Of a stretch of 64,000 bases of DNA, positions 52,101 to 63,899 are shown one piece after another. The notes under the pieces were generated by a model, which had not been told where the DNA came from, did no database searches, and saw only the letters and a program-made list of their open reading frames with translations. The stretch comes from Diplonema japonicum (Eukaryota; Protista; Euglenozoa: Diplonemea): positions 248,001 to 312,000 of the forward strand of contig OZ025705.1 in assembly GCA_964019335.1 (NCBI GenBank), read 5' to 3'. How positions within the stretch are numbered: the stretch's first letter is position 1; every line of letters starts with the position of its first letter. The translations under genes were made by a program, and so were the position numbers.

Positions 52101-53492
52101 CTATTGTTGCTTATCAGATCGCCTCCGACGCACCCACTTCCGCTTGCGAACACCATCGTCGGGATGAGGTGCAGTGTGGTAAGGGGACTCCCAAGAACGG
52201 GCATACTGCCAGCCGTCGACTTTAGTTGCATCTTGTGGGATGTCGATGTACCAGTCGGTCAGCCAGATCCACGAAAGCTGTTTTGCCACAAGCTCTATCT
52301 CTTTAAAGGAAGACGATCTCCCGTTGTGGGTATAGACGGGTACTTCATGTTTCCCTCGAAAACGTTTTTTCCAACCGATGAGCGGGAAGTGTTTCTGATT
52401 TTCGTACAGGACCTCGGACTCCGGTTTGCGTTGTTCCATGCGTTCCAGAGCACGCTCACACTCTAGAAGCTTCTGGTTGTACAATTGCAAGCGTACCTCT
52501 GCGAGTAGTCGGTCTTTCTCGGAGCTGTCGACGTCGGTGTGGTTGGACTGCCCGATCTCTGATAGAACCTGCGGGAGAAGGTTGCCGTCGTTGTGGTCGT
52601 CATCTTCTTCTTCAAGCGCCTCGACAAATTTCATAGTGGTGTCTCCTAAAACAATGCGGTCGCCGTCATGAAGCGGGGTTTCTTCCCCTTTGCACAACAC
52701 GGCACCATTAAGGTACACGGTCCCATGACGTAAACTGATTGTGACGCTGTATGTAGGTTCAGCTCCGCAACAAAGCACAGCAGAGACTACCTTGTCACTG
52801 CTGTCTATACGTATTGCAGCATCGTGAGAGGTCCCCATAGTTGTCTCGCCCGGGAGAATGTAATAAGCACGCACGCAGTTCATCACCAACCGTGGGTGAG
52901 TCTCCCGCTTTGTTGATGCGATCCCTCTTGCTTCCAAATCCGTTCTTGTGTCTCGCAAAGTGTCTGCCGATCGACTTATACTGCTCAAAGCATCCTTCAT
53001 GCTATCACGCAGCCCTGTCGATTCCTGCGATAAATCAAATCTCAATGTGTATATATTCATTGTTTCCGTTTTGCCCTTCAGCTGCGATGTGTACACCTCA
53101 CTTGTCACAGTGTCGAAAAGGTACCCTGTATGGTGTTGGGACCATAGGGATGTTATTGTTATTGAAGCGGGTGATGGGTGATAGAGTTGTTTTGTGGGGT
53201 TGAAGGGAGTCTCGGAACCGTTTAAGTGTCCCATGGCCTCTCCAGATGTTACGATCTTGTCCGAGACTAGATCGAAGTACTCTCCATGTGTCGTACGTTT
53301 TACTTGTACGGCTGCTGTGGTGACCTCTTCTTCTTTGTTGTTCCCCGCCCATGCAGCTACGCGTGGAATTTCATCCAGTAGATTCTCCCCTATAACCACC
53401 AAGACCCTCGATTCTCTGTCGGCGATGCTGTCCGCTTCTCTCCATGTGCCGTCTTTTGTTTTTGTGAAATATTTTGGGGGACATTTTCCCAT
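52101..53492 (-). CDS. Protein with FHA-like domain and C-terminal DysF/Pex24-type domain (start uncertain)
   Basis: YYILPGETTMG...VYLNG...PLHDGDRIVLG (kinesin-3-type FHA pattern); YENQ..FPLIGW...WIWLTDWYID...DGWQYA...VRKRKWVR (DysF pattern). Confidence 0.75.
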   Translation of the reverse strand: MGKCPPKYFTKTKDGTWREADSIADRESRVLVVIGENLLDEIPRVAAWAGNNKEEEVTTAAVQVKRTTHGEYFDLVSDKIVTSGEAMGHLNGSETPFNPTKQLYHPSPASITITSLWSQHHTGYLFDTVTSEVYTSQLKGKTETMNIYTLRFDLSQESTGLRDSMKDALSSISRSADTLRDTRTDLEARGIASTKRETHPRLVMNCVRAYYILPGETTMGTSHDAAIRIDSSDKVVSAVLCCGAEPTYSVTISLRHGTVYLNGAVLCKGEETPLHDGDRIVLGDTTMKFVEALEEEDDDHNDGNLLPQVLSEIGQSNHTDVDSSEKDRLLAEVRLQLYNQKLLECERALERMEQRKPESEVLYENQKHFPLIGWKKRFRGKHEVPVYTHNGRSSSFKEIELVAKQLSWIWLTDWYIDIPQDATKVDGWQYARSWESPYHTAPHPDDGVRKRKWVRRRRSDKQQ

Positions 53493-54074
53493 TCTCCTTT
53501 CTTTAAAGGGGGGGTGAAGGGAAGAAAAATGCAAGTTACAATAACTTTTTTCTGAGGGGGGGGTAAAACAAAAAACAACTCACTATGATGGGAGAAGTGA
53601 CCCAACACAAAAAAAAGAGTAAAAAAAAAAAAGTAAAAAAAAAAAAAAAACCGGACTGTAGTGAATAATACATAAGTTTGGGGGGAAGGGGAGGAAGGGG
53701 ATCTAATATACCAGTGCTGGGGGGAAGGGGAAGTACAAAGAAAAAAAAAAAAAAAAAAAAAAGATAGTTACTGTAAACCTCTTTATTTGTAAGAAAAGAA
53801 CAATGGTTTTCAGTATCACAAAAAAAAAAAGCAGCGTATCGACAGTTGGAAAGAAGAAAAAAAATGGGGGGGGAGGGGTGTGGTGAGGAACAATACAAAT
53901 ACCTTGGCACGCCAAAACAAAAAGAAAATCGATAAGATTTCACTGTGCAGGTGGTGGGGAGGGGATCACCATTCACAAGAAGTTTAAGAAATGCACACTA
54001 ATCAGATATTTTCCACCGCCCGCGGCGGTTGCTTGCCGCGAAGAGAATAGACAGGCAACCCTCACCGATCACCA

Positions 54075-57000
54075 CTATGTCCTTCCAAACGGGAAAATCG
54101 GAGTTCTAGCCTGTTTTTCAGTTTGCCAACCGCTCAGGGGCCCCGATTCAGGATACGACTCCATGGAGGAACTCTATATAGGTTTGTGTCATAGTTTTTT
54201 TTTTTTTTTCCTCTTTTTTTTTATAAATCCAAACCTGTTCCCTGTGTACCTCTCTCCGGTTGGGCTTCTCCTTCACTGTAATGTGGTTCAGGTGGCCGTG
54301 CTGCCCCGACGGCAACTTCCTCCCATTCGTGCCATATGCAACACGAGGGTCGTTGCTGCTATTCCGCCTGCGTGGCTGAGGAGACTCCGGTCTGTATATT
54401 TTTCTTTCCCCCCCCCCTTCCCCATTATCATACCTCGGTAAAGCCGATCTCCCAAACGCCACTGTCGGGCTATGGTTCCGTGTTCTCGCCTGCGTTGGGC
54501 TAGCTCGGGGAGTCCCCCGCCGTTTGTTGGGAGTTACACGTCTCTTGGGAGAAGTGTGGGACTGCGGTGGGTGTATTTCCACAGTTTGAGGAGCAGGAGG
54601 TTGCGGAGCTATGGCAGAAGCAGGAGGAGTGAGATACATAATCTGCTCGAATGGTCCTCTCTGTATTGTCCCCACCGAGCTTGCAGGGGAGACTGTCCGT
54701 TCACGTCTATCCTCTGGAGAGAGAGATCGTTTCGAGGACGACAGAGACATGGAGCGCGGCAGGGCTGCCGTGTACAGCACACCATCACGTCCCTTCACCT
54801 TCACGCTGCTGCTGCGATACAGCCCTGTTGTGAGCTTCGCAAGCAGACGGCGTTCTGTTTTTGACATCTTAAGCGCGATTTTAAGATCCTGTGACTCCTT
54901 ACGTGGTGACCTCGACCGCCCCCTTGGCTTGTGTCCCACCACCCCGAGGTGCAGCTTTTCGAAATCCATGAAATAGTCCGTCACCACGTTCTTGAACGTG
55001 GCCTCTACCTTCGACAGGTTGCTCTCCGCGTTGGCGATCTTCGTCGTCGCCTCCTTGACGTTCACCTCGCCCTTCATCAGGTTCCAGTGCGCCGACGTGA
55101 TCTGGCTCCGCGTGTTTGTTACCATCTCATACCCCCGCCAGATCATCTCGACCATTTTGGAACGCGAGGACAGGATCCATGCTACCTTCGACAGCTCCTT
55201 CATCTCGTCTACTTCTGAGATGTGCGGCTCTCCTGTGATCACGGGTTGCGGGCTTCCTGAAGGGTAGCTTGGGGTCACCGACCGCCTCACTTCCTCTTCC
55301 GATATGTTAAGCGCCTTGAACAGGGCGGACAGGTCCTGGTCGTGTAGCTTCCTTGACAGCTCAACCGGGGGCATGTTCAGCAGCTGGTACCCGGACACGT
55401 CCTTCAGCGCTTCGCATGTCTCAGGAGTCACGCACAACACTGTGCCGAGGAAGTGCTGCAGCTCTTGCGCCGTCATGTCTATCACACGCTTTGTCGGGTT
55501 GCTGCTGTGTGTATCAGCTTGGTCCACATCAGACCTGCGCTCGGCCATGACGATGGCCTCACGCAACAGCAGAGCGTCAGTCTGTTTCTCTTCATTTGCT
55601 ATCTCCAATGACAACACCTGTTCCTCCAGCTCTTCGATTCTCCGGTGTGCTTCCGCCAGACCCTGTGGAGACCCTGTGCCAGGCTGCCCCTTGCTGCTTG
55701 ATCCTTGGTCCACAGCTCTTGCCTTCAGGAAGGAGATCGTCTCATCGTCTTCTGCAACCCTCCTTTCCAGTTCTCTATTTCTGAGCCTGAGAGCAGACAG
55801 TTCCTCCTCCCGTTCCAACAGCATCAACTGCAAGACGTCGTTCTTCTGATCTATATCAGACACACCGCTGTCGTGTTGCTCGGCAGCTGTCCTTGAAGAC
55901 AGTTCGTTGCGCAGCGACACGACAAGGTCCTCTGACTTCCCTAGTTCATGCTCCAGGTACGAGACTTTCAAGTCAGTTTCGTCAGACCTCTTCGGAGATA
56001 TGTGAGTCCGCTTCAGCTGGTACTCCAGTTCCTTCACCGACTCCGTCTTGCTCCGCAGCTCGTTGCCCAACCCCTCCACTTGCTTCCTGTACTCGTCGCA
56101 CAGTGTTGCGACAAACTCGCCAAGCTTCCCAAACTCGCCACTTGCAAGCATCTGGCTTACCCCGAGGTCCACTTTGACCTTCTCTGGGCTAAGTAATGTA
56201 CTCTGTCCCACAGAATGCGGCGTTCCAGGGGATGACATCGCGCTGACAGATGTCTTCTCGCGCTCAAAGGGACTTGACACATCAGGCGAGGTGCTTGGCT
56301 GCCTGGGTGGTGTCGGTGGCACGGTGTAGTCCTCATGGTAGTCTTGGTGGTACTTGGCGGAGTGGTGCTGCGCATCGAGTGTGACCGAAGTGGGTTGTGG
56401 AGGAGGGGGCGGCGGTGGGGGTGGTGGGGGTGACGGCTCGTCAGCAACGCGCCCTGTTCTGGGGCTAGGCGAGTCCTTCTGAGGACTGGGGCTAGGCTGC
56501 GATGCTGAGGGAGAGCGGTTGGAGCGTGAAGCGTCATGTTCCTTCATGGCATGAAGACGCTCTTGGTACGCATCACGTACGGGAGGAAGAGAGGGCGACT
56601 GCGACACAGGTCGGGACTGTGACGGGGAGTGGGAAGGTGCAGGTGAAGGTGTGAACCCAGGCGACGGCGACGGCTCGTCCCGTGCAACTGTCCTTTCATG
56701 ATGCACTTCAACATCGGCGACCGCAGCGGCAGAGGACACAGGCACGGGTGATGGTGGTGTCTCAGTGTTCTCAAGAGTGTCTTCCTTCTCAACTTCTTCC
56801 GACATAACTTCGATGAGCTTCCCTTGTGCGATCTCCACCTCGATGTACATCTCTTCAGGGTCCTCCCCTGTGGGACCGAGCAGCTTTGTGATGACACCCG
56901 TGGTGCCTCTCGCATAGGTGTCCCCTTTGTACTCCACATCTTTGAACAACCGGACATGGTGGGCGGGTTTCAAGGTATCACCAAATGTGTCGAAGGTGGC

Positions 57001-58011
57001 ACGGCGGAGGTATGTAGAAGCCTCAGGGAAGAAGACCTGTTTCTTCTCGTTCGTGTTCGTTGTGACCACGTAGCTGGAGTTCTCGATTGTGTACACAACA
57101 CAGGGCTCCCACCCGGACGACCGACGGATTTCAAGGAAATCGCCTATTATGTAGACAGGGTGTTTGACAGAGTCCTCTGAGGGAGGCAACACGGGGTTTC
57201 TTTCTTCGCCAATTTCATCGAAATGCCGCGACTGGCTTCTGCCCTTCGGGGTGGGTTCTGTTTGGGTTATGGTAGGGATAGGGCAAGGAGAAGGCGAGTC
57301 GCGTGCCAATGGAGAACCGACAGGTGAATCGCAGGGGCTGTCGAGCCCTGGCGGCGCGGTTTTGAGAAGGTTTTCTGTGGACTCTGCAACGAGCTTTGCC
57401 ATATCAATGGGAGAAGCGTCGTTCTGACCAAGACGGCCCTCGTCGGCAGCTGCTGCCACAGCACGCTGTTTCCGGTAGTGTACACGCCAGACATCACGCT
57501 TGAGGACAAAAAGTTGTTTCTTCACCTCGAACCTGGACGGCTTCTTCAGGTTCAACATCGACTTGATGTTCTGGTCCTCTCGGAGCTTCGTGACACGGAG
57601 GTCTTTTTTTGTCAGCTGTTTGTAGAGAACGGTCGCAACGTGCTGGAAATTCTTTAAAGCTTCCTTGCTTGTAGGTACTAGCAGGAGGTCGTACTCCTTG
57701 GGGACCTTGATACCCAGCCAGCTGTCGTGAGAAATCAGCACCTCGGACATGTCCTCTATCTTCACACACCTATTCACTTCACTTGTGGGCATGCACTGCC
57801 AGATGGCGTTGTGACTTACCATCAGAACACGTGTCTGGGGCACCACCTTCCTCCCTACCTTGTGGACTAGGGCGAAGAAGTACATTACTACGCCGCCGTC
57901 GTTTTGGAACAGTTTTTTGACATGTTCGCTGACGTTTGGCGGCAGGTGGTTCCAGCACACGTAAGGCAGGTTGTTGTCTTGGTTCGTCCCGCTTACTTGC
58001 ATAGACTGCAT
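54075..58011 (-). CDS. Large protein: N-terminal myosin-TH1/PH-like domain, Pro/Ser-rich region, coiled coil; predicted terminal intron 54174-54234
   Basis: Start MQSMQ. VHKVGRK..PQTRVLMVS...EYDLLL resembles TH1. The K-rich ORF tail coincides with CAG|GTTTGG...TATAG|; splicing gives an open last exon ending TAG at 54075. Confidence 0.7.
54174..54234 (-). other. Predicted 61-nt intron
   Basis: GT...AG ends, A-tract interior, open frame resumes downstream. Confidence 0.65.
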
Positions 58012-58709
58012 TTTTCTTCTCTTTTCTTTTTTTTTTCTCCCCCGGTGTCCCTCTTCCACCCCCTTCCCCCTCCCCCCCTCCCTTGATTGATGATTGTTTT
58101 TTTTTTTTTTCAGGAGAATTAAAAAAAAAAGTGGGTAATCAAAAGTACGAGGGAAAGAATTAAAAAAAAGGACGACAGGAGCAAATAAAAAATCACTGAG
58201 GGGGGGGGGGGGGGGGGGTGAAGTGTTTACACCGCAAAAAAAAGAACAAGAAAAAAAAAAGGAGCGAATAGCTGAGAAAGAAGTCAAAAAGTATCACGAA
58301 TGCAGGGGGAAGGGGGTTTTTTCTTTCTTTATTTTCTCCCCCTTTTTTTTCCCTTAAAAAAAAAGACTGCACGCGGGGACTGGATGGGGGCAAGAATGCA
58401 TACTGAAGGGAACAAAAAGCAAATAAAAAAAATAGAATAAAATGAAAGGCGATTTAAGGGCAAAATCCCACGCTGACAAAGCGACTCCTTCCGCCCATCC
58501 ATTTATTGGTACAATCGAACACCAATAAAATACAGGAAAAAAATCGTGCATATTCTCTTTTTCTCTCTCCCCCCCGTGACCCCCATTTGAGTGGATCATT
58601 GAGAAAAAAAAAATTCAAAATAAAAAAAACACTTTCATCTCAAAAATAAAGCAAACGTTAGTAAAAAAAAAAAAAAATCCCTCCCCCCAAAAAAATTTTT
58701 TTTCTTTAC

Positions 58710-61278
58710 TTAATCACTGTCACTGGAGTCGAGAAGTCCGCGGCTCTTCTTCTTGACTTGTTTAGCTGCATACTGTGGGGGAAAAAAAAAAATATTAAAA
58801 AAAAAAAATTTTTTTTTCCCACACCTTATCCACAGTTGGTTTAAAGACGTCTTCAGCAGCATCTTCGTCATAGACTATGCCGTCGATGTTTTTCGGTTGA
58901 AATTTGTTGAAGTTGTCGTTCTTTGATGTTTCCCATTCTTCGTCCTCCGAGCTCTCGGTTTCCTCCACTACAGGCTTCTTTTTAAACACGGGTCGTTTTT
59001 TTGGTTCGTCGTCAGATTCACTGCTTGAGTCAACGACCATCCTCTTCTTTGGGACTGGAAGCTTTGCTTTTTTGACGGGGGCTGCCTCCTCTTCACTTGA
59101 TGGAGCTTCGTCCTTTACCTTCTTCTTTTCCTGCAATTTTGCTTTCAGTGGTTTACGCGGTTCCTCATCTTCCGAGCTGGTGTCTTGTTTCTTCTTCACA
59201 ACCGGTTTTTGTTGTGGAGCTTCGTCGCTTGAAGAGCTTTCGGCAGCGGCTTTCGCTGCAGCTGCTGCTTTTTCTTCCCTCATCTTTTTTACTGCAATCT
59301 CTGCTTTGCTCTCCTTCACAGGCGCTTCTTCTTCCTCGGAACTCGAGTCTTCGACAGCTGCCGCTGCAGCTTTTCTTCTCGCTTCTGTTTCCGCCTTCTT
59401 TTTCTTCAGTTCCGCCTCCTTCGCGGCGATCTTGCGCTGCCACTCTTCATCATCAGATGATTCCTCGCTTTCCGTGTCGCTTAGAACCTTTTTCTTTGGT
59501 TTCTTTGATTCGGGTGTCTTCTTATCCTCCTTTTCTTCCTTTACCTTCTCTTCCCTTACCTTCTCTTTCTTTACCTTCTCTTCTTTCTCAGGCTCGTCGC
59601 TGGTTAGCATTGCCAACGTGCTCATCGATGCCTTTGCTCTCCCGGGCCTCTTCTGCTTGGCCTTCCGTACTTTTGTCTCTCTGACTTCCTCTTCGTCTTC
59701 TTCTTCTTCCACTTGGGCTTGCTTCTTCAGTGCCTTAGGAATGGCGGCTGCTGCCATACCAGGCATGGGGATTCCTTGTCGTTGCATGGGTGCAATCTCT
59801 TCTTCTTCCTCTACTGGTTTTTTCTTCTTGAACATCCCCGGGACCATGGGTTGACCCATGACTAAAGCGGGTTTAAAAGCGGGCTTTACTTTTTCTTCTT
59901 GTTCCTCGTCGTCTTCAGGGTCTCTGTGTTTGGCTGCCTTTTTCGCGGATTTTCTGGCTTTTCTTTCTTCCTCGGCTTCTCGTGCCTCGCGTTCTTCCCG
60001 TTCGGCTCTCTCTTGGGCTCGCTTTTGCTTCCTTTCTGCCTTGGCTTTTTGGATTTCCTCTCTTTCTTTTTCTTCGTTGTCGGCTTCCTCCGCTGCGGCT
60101 TGTGCTCTGGCTTTGATGGCGGCAATGCTGTTGGGAGCCTCGTCTGTGTCTTCTTTCTTTTCTTTTGCGCGTTTTGCTTCCTTCTTTGCCTTCCTCTCCT
60201 CAATTTTCTTTTCTTCCTCCTCGTCAAGTATTTTCTGGGCTTCCTTGGCTTTCTTCTCCTTTGCAAATTGTTTTTCTTTCTCCGCCTTCTCCTGCGCCTT
60301 GCGGGCTGCCTTTACCCTGTCACGTTCCTCTCTTTCATGTTCCTCTTGGTCGTCGGTGGCGCCAAACATAGCAGCCATCTTGCCGACGGACTTCTTGGCT
60401 GGTTTCTCCGCTTCCTTTGCTTCTTTGAGCTTTCGGTCTTCTTCCTCTTTTTGTTGTTGTTCTTCTTGTTCTCTTTTTTTCTTGTCCGCTTCCTTTCTTT
60501 TCTTCTCCTCTTTGAGTTTGAGGGCGGCCTCCTTTTCTTTGAGTCTTTCTGCCTCCTCGTCTTCTTCTTCTTGCTGCTTTTTCTTGGCTTCCTTTTTGAG
60601 CTTTTCAGCTTCTTCCGCTTTGCGTTTCTTCTTGGCTTCAAGGCGCTTGCGTTCGGCTTCGTCGTCATCACTGCTGCTTGACTCGACCTTTCTGGATTGC
60701 TTCTTCTTAAGTGCTTCTTTCCTTTTGGCTTCCTCTAGTTCGCGTTCAACGAAAGTAGACTGTACCTTGCCAGGGGCACCTTTGCCTGATTCAAAGGCAG
60801 AGGCGATCGAAGATACGGAGCTGATTTTTTTTTTTTTTTTTTTTTTGAAAAAAAAATGTAAATACCTCCCCTTGGCGGGTGCAGTGTCGCTGGCGGCCTT
60901 TTCCTTGCGTTCGAACCTAGCTGCGATGCTGCCTACTTTGCCCGGAGGGCCTACTTTTTCAACCTTTGCGGTGGGCTCGGGCGCTTTTTTTTTCGCTTCG
61001 ACCTCTGCCATGCCCACACCCCTTGCCTCCTCGGGGTATGCGATAATATCCAAATCATCGCAAGCTCCCTGCATTAAGGCGGCCCCGGCATAGTGCAACA
61101 ACTTCTGCCTCTTCGCTGCCCTCAAGAGTGTGCCAATGTACGCGATGTCGAACTTAGCCTCCACCTTCTCATCTGCGTAGATTGCCTTGTACTTTGCAAC
61201 GACGCACCCATCTTTCCTTGAACTCCCGATTTTTAATATCCTCTCCAGAGTCCAATCTATGTCTTTCTGCTCTGCCAT
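58710..61278 (-). CDS. Costars (ABRACL-like) domain protein with long Lys/Glu-rich coiled-coil tail; 3 exons
   Basis: ILKIGS..KDG...IGTLLRAAKRQKLLHYAGAALMQGACDDLDI matches the Costars pattern. Introns at 60821-60865 and 58773-58824; last exon YAAKQVKKKSRGLLDSSDSD*. Confidence 0.8.
58773..58824 (-). other. Predicted 52-nt intron with self-complementary ends
   Basis: AAG|GTGTGGG-A9...T11-CCCCCACAG|TAT; splicing yields an in-frame last exon of matching composition. Confidence 0.8.
60821..60865 (-). other. Predicted 45-nt intron, in-frame and stop-free
   Basis: AG|GTATTT-T-run-C-A22-TCAG|C; explains the RYLHFFFKKKKKKKI insert in the ORF. Confidence 0.8.
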
Positions 61279-61924
61279 GTTGTTTTTTTTTTCTCCCTCC
61301 CCCTTTTTTTTTATGAGGGAAAATTGAAGAAGAAAAGGGGGGGGGGGGGGGGAAGAATTTAACATTTTGAACAGAAAGCAAAAGAAAAGGAACCTAATAT
61401 ACAAGGAAAAACAAAACCAAAAAAAGAATCACTATGATAGGAGCGTGCCTACCTTATGCACCCCTTTTGGGGGTCGTTCTCTGCTACCCACCGTAGCCCA
61501 GCTGTCGTTTATATCTTCCCAATCCTTTCTTTCCGGTAATCTCTCTCAGTCCCTTCAGCTTGGTCGCCGTCAGCCCCGATGCAAACAGGGCCCTCCTATC
61601 AAAGCAAACGACGTGGTCGCGGCCTATGGATCGTAGTGATCTCACCTTGCATGGCTGCGCCGGAAAAGGGCTTGATTGCAACACTAGGTGGCGTTAAGCG
61701 TGCAACGTTAAGAAAAGAAAAAAGAAGTGGCAGGGTGGGGTGGGGTGGGGTGGGAGAAGGGAAGGGGGAAAGAATTTTCATTTATTTTCTTCTGTTGAAA
61801 AAAGAGGGAGAAAACTGTTCTTTCTTTCTTTGTTTTTCTAAGGGGGGGGGGGAGGAACTAGAACAATAAAAAAAATATAAAAAAGGCACGCAAACACACA
61901 CATACATACACACACACATCATCA

Positions 61925-63757
61925 TCACGAGTGCTGAAAGGTGATCCGCAAGCTAAACTCCGGACAAAACTTTCTATGCTCGTTGTCCTTGTGTGCCCCG
62001 TCAACATCGGGCCGCCGAAGGTAGATCCCTTCAACAGGATCGACAAAAGAAGTATGAAACCACGTCCACACAACTGACTCCGCCCACGTGTTCCCCTCTT
62101 CCGTGAGATGAAAACGCGTGTCGCCCGTTATAGGCGGCGCATCTGAGAGATCAAACTTCAACCAGATATCACACTTCATCTTCCCTTTAACCTCCTCGAC
62201 TCTGTTGTAATATTCCAAAGGGCTCAGCTCCTCCACCCCGGGGTACTGCGTGTCACCGACGAGCACTCTGTACTGCCGGAAACCCTTCTCAGGCGTGGGT
62301 TTGGAAAGCCTCCGGACCCTGCTGAAAGCCGTGGCGGACTTCTGCGATAAAAGCGTGTCGTCTGTATCGGAGCACCACAATGTGTCGCCTTTAGACCCGT
62401 CAAGAGCGGCAGCAACGAATCTGTGAGGCGTGGCTGCGTACATTTTCGGTAAAGGGCCTATAACAACGGAATCGAAGCAAAGGGTTTTTGGAACAGGCGG
62501 TGTGAAGACACACCGTTTGCCGGTTCCAACACCCGTGAGGCAGGACTCGTAGTATTTCAGATAAAGATTCTGCGACGGGGACTCCACTGTTTGAACCTTG
62601 ACAGACCCGATCTCGGTACGCATCAGCCCGAAGCGTTGCCGTGCTTCTTCAACACCCGGCGCGACACCGCTCCACACCAAATGGGAGCATATCATCATAC
62701 CGGTGCGTCCTTTACCACCTTTACAGTGAACTATGATGACGTGTTGGATATCGCTGTCGAGGTATGCTGAGGCAGAGAGGCAGAACTCGTGGATCATGAT
62801 GAGGTCGCAAGGCTGATGGTCGTCGATGGTGAATCGTTCCACCCTCCCGTGGAAGTTGTCCGGTGTGTACTGACGCTCGGAGCACAGGTTGTAAACCTTG
62901 TACTTGCTGTAGTGCTTCGCATCGAGAAAGGCCCGCACCTCGTCTATCTGGTTTCTGTACAGCGATTCAACAGAAATGCTCGGCCACGACATTGCAATAA
63001 TAGTATCAGTTATATAAGTCAAATCCAAGTCGTACCCCCCTGCTATGTACCGTCTGCGGCATCCCGACACGGTATTCTCGCCGATTTTTGCGCCGGACGT
63101 TAGTTTTTCGTACGTGACAACGACTATACGGAGGCACCGGGTGATGGTCTGTACGACGATAGAGCCTTTTGGAAGGAACGCTGTTTCGAGGATAGCGGAT
63201 GTTAGAAGGATGGAGATGCGCAGGGCACGGCCTGCCTTTGTGATAAAAGGCGTGTTAACACGGAGGAGCCATTGGTACACCCCGTGCGCGATCAGACGAA
63301 TAACCACCATTTCAATGAGGAATATGAAGGATATCACCACGCTTACGACCCTGAGCGTTGTTCCCGGCCATGCTGATTCGCTTGCCGATTTTCCGTCGAC
63401 CGCCACCAGCGTTACCGTTGCGGCGATGTCTACGAACAAAAGAAGCAGTAACGATACCTGGAGGGGAAGGAGTGTTTCCAACTTTTTCAGTTTCGCCTGG
63501 AATTTGACGCTCCTCGGCCTCCTCGCACCTGGTGCTTCCACAAACGGTGTTTCTCCTGTCATCACCCTCAATTCTTCCCCTTCCTGATCATGTTCTTCCA
63601 CCCAGTCGTCTTCCAGAAGCGGTGCATCCAACGTGCTGCTGTAAAACGCTTCTTTTTTCTTCTCCAGCTCCTGTCTGAAATCCAGGGTATACTCGTATTT
63701 GAATTCCGCACCGTGGGGGGACTTGAGATCCTCCGAGAACCCGTCGAGTCTTTGCAT
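61925..63757 (-). CDS. Voltage-sensing phosphatase (VSP/TPTE)-like protein: 4-TM domain + PTEN-like phosphatase + C2
   Basis: Hydrophobic S1-S4-like segments; linker VSGCRRRY..GYDLDLTYIT; YKVYNLCSER; IDDHQP; P-loop HCKGGKGRTG; WFHTSF in C2. Start MQRLD inferred. Confidence 0.88.
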   Translation of the reverse strand: MQRLDGFSEDLKSPHGAEFKYEYTLDFRQELEKKKEAFYSSTLDAPLLEDDWVEEHDQEGEELRVMTGETPFVEAPGARRPRSVKFQAKLKKLETLLPLQVSLLLLLFVDIAATVTLVAVDGKSASESAWPGTTLRVVSVVISFIFLIEMVVIRLIAHGVYQWLLRVNTPFITKAGRALRISILLTSAILETAFLPKGSIVVQTITRCLRIVVVTYEKLTSGAKIGENTVSGCRRRYIAGGYDLDLTYITDTIIAMSWPSISVESLYRNQIDEVRAFLDAKHYSKYKVYNLCSERQYTPDNFHGRVERFTIDDHQPCDLIMIHEFCLSASAYLDSDIQHVIIVHCKGGKGRTGMMICSHLVWSGVAPGVEEARQRFGLMRTEIGSVKVQTVESPSQNLYLKYYESCLTGVGTGKRCVFTPPVPKTLCFDSVVIGPLPKMYAATPHRFVAAALDGSKGDTLWCSDTDDTLLSQKSATAFSRVRRLSKPTPEKGFRQYRVLVGDTQYPGVEELSPLEYYNRVEEVKGKMKCDIWLKFDLSDAPPITGDTRFHLTEEGNTWAESVVWTWFHTSFVDPVEGIYLRRPDVDGAHKDNEHRKFCPEFSLRITFQHS

Positions 63758-63899
63758 TCTTTGGGGTTTCTCCCCCCAAAAAAAAACCCCTCCCTTTTTT
63801 TTGTTTGTCCCCCCCCCGCCAAGTAAAAAAAAGGGGGGGAAAAAGTTAGGAATGCGAGATTTTCTCCCCCCCCCTTTTTTTTCCGCTTTGTCTTTTTGT

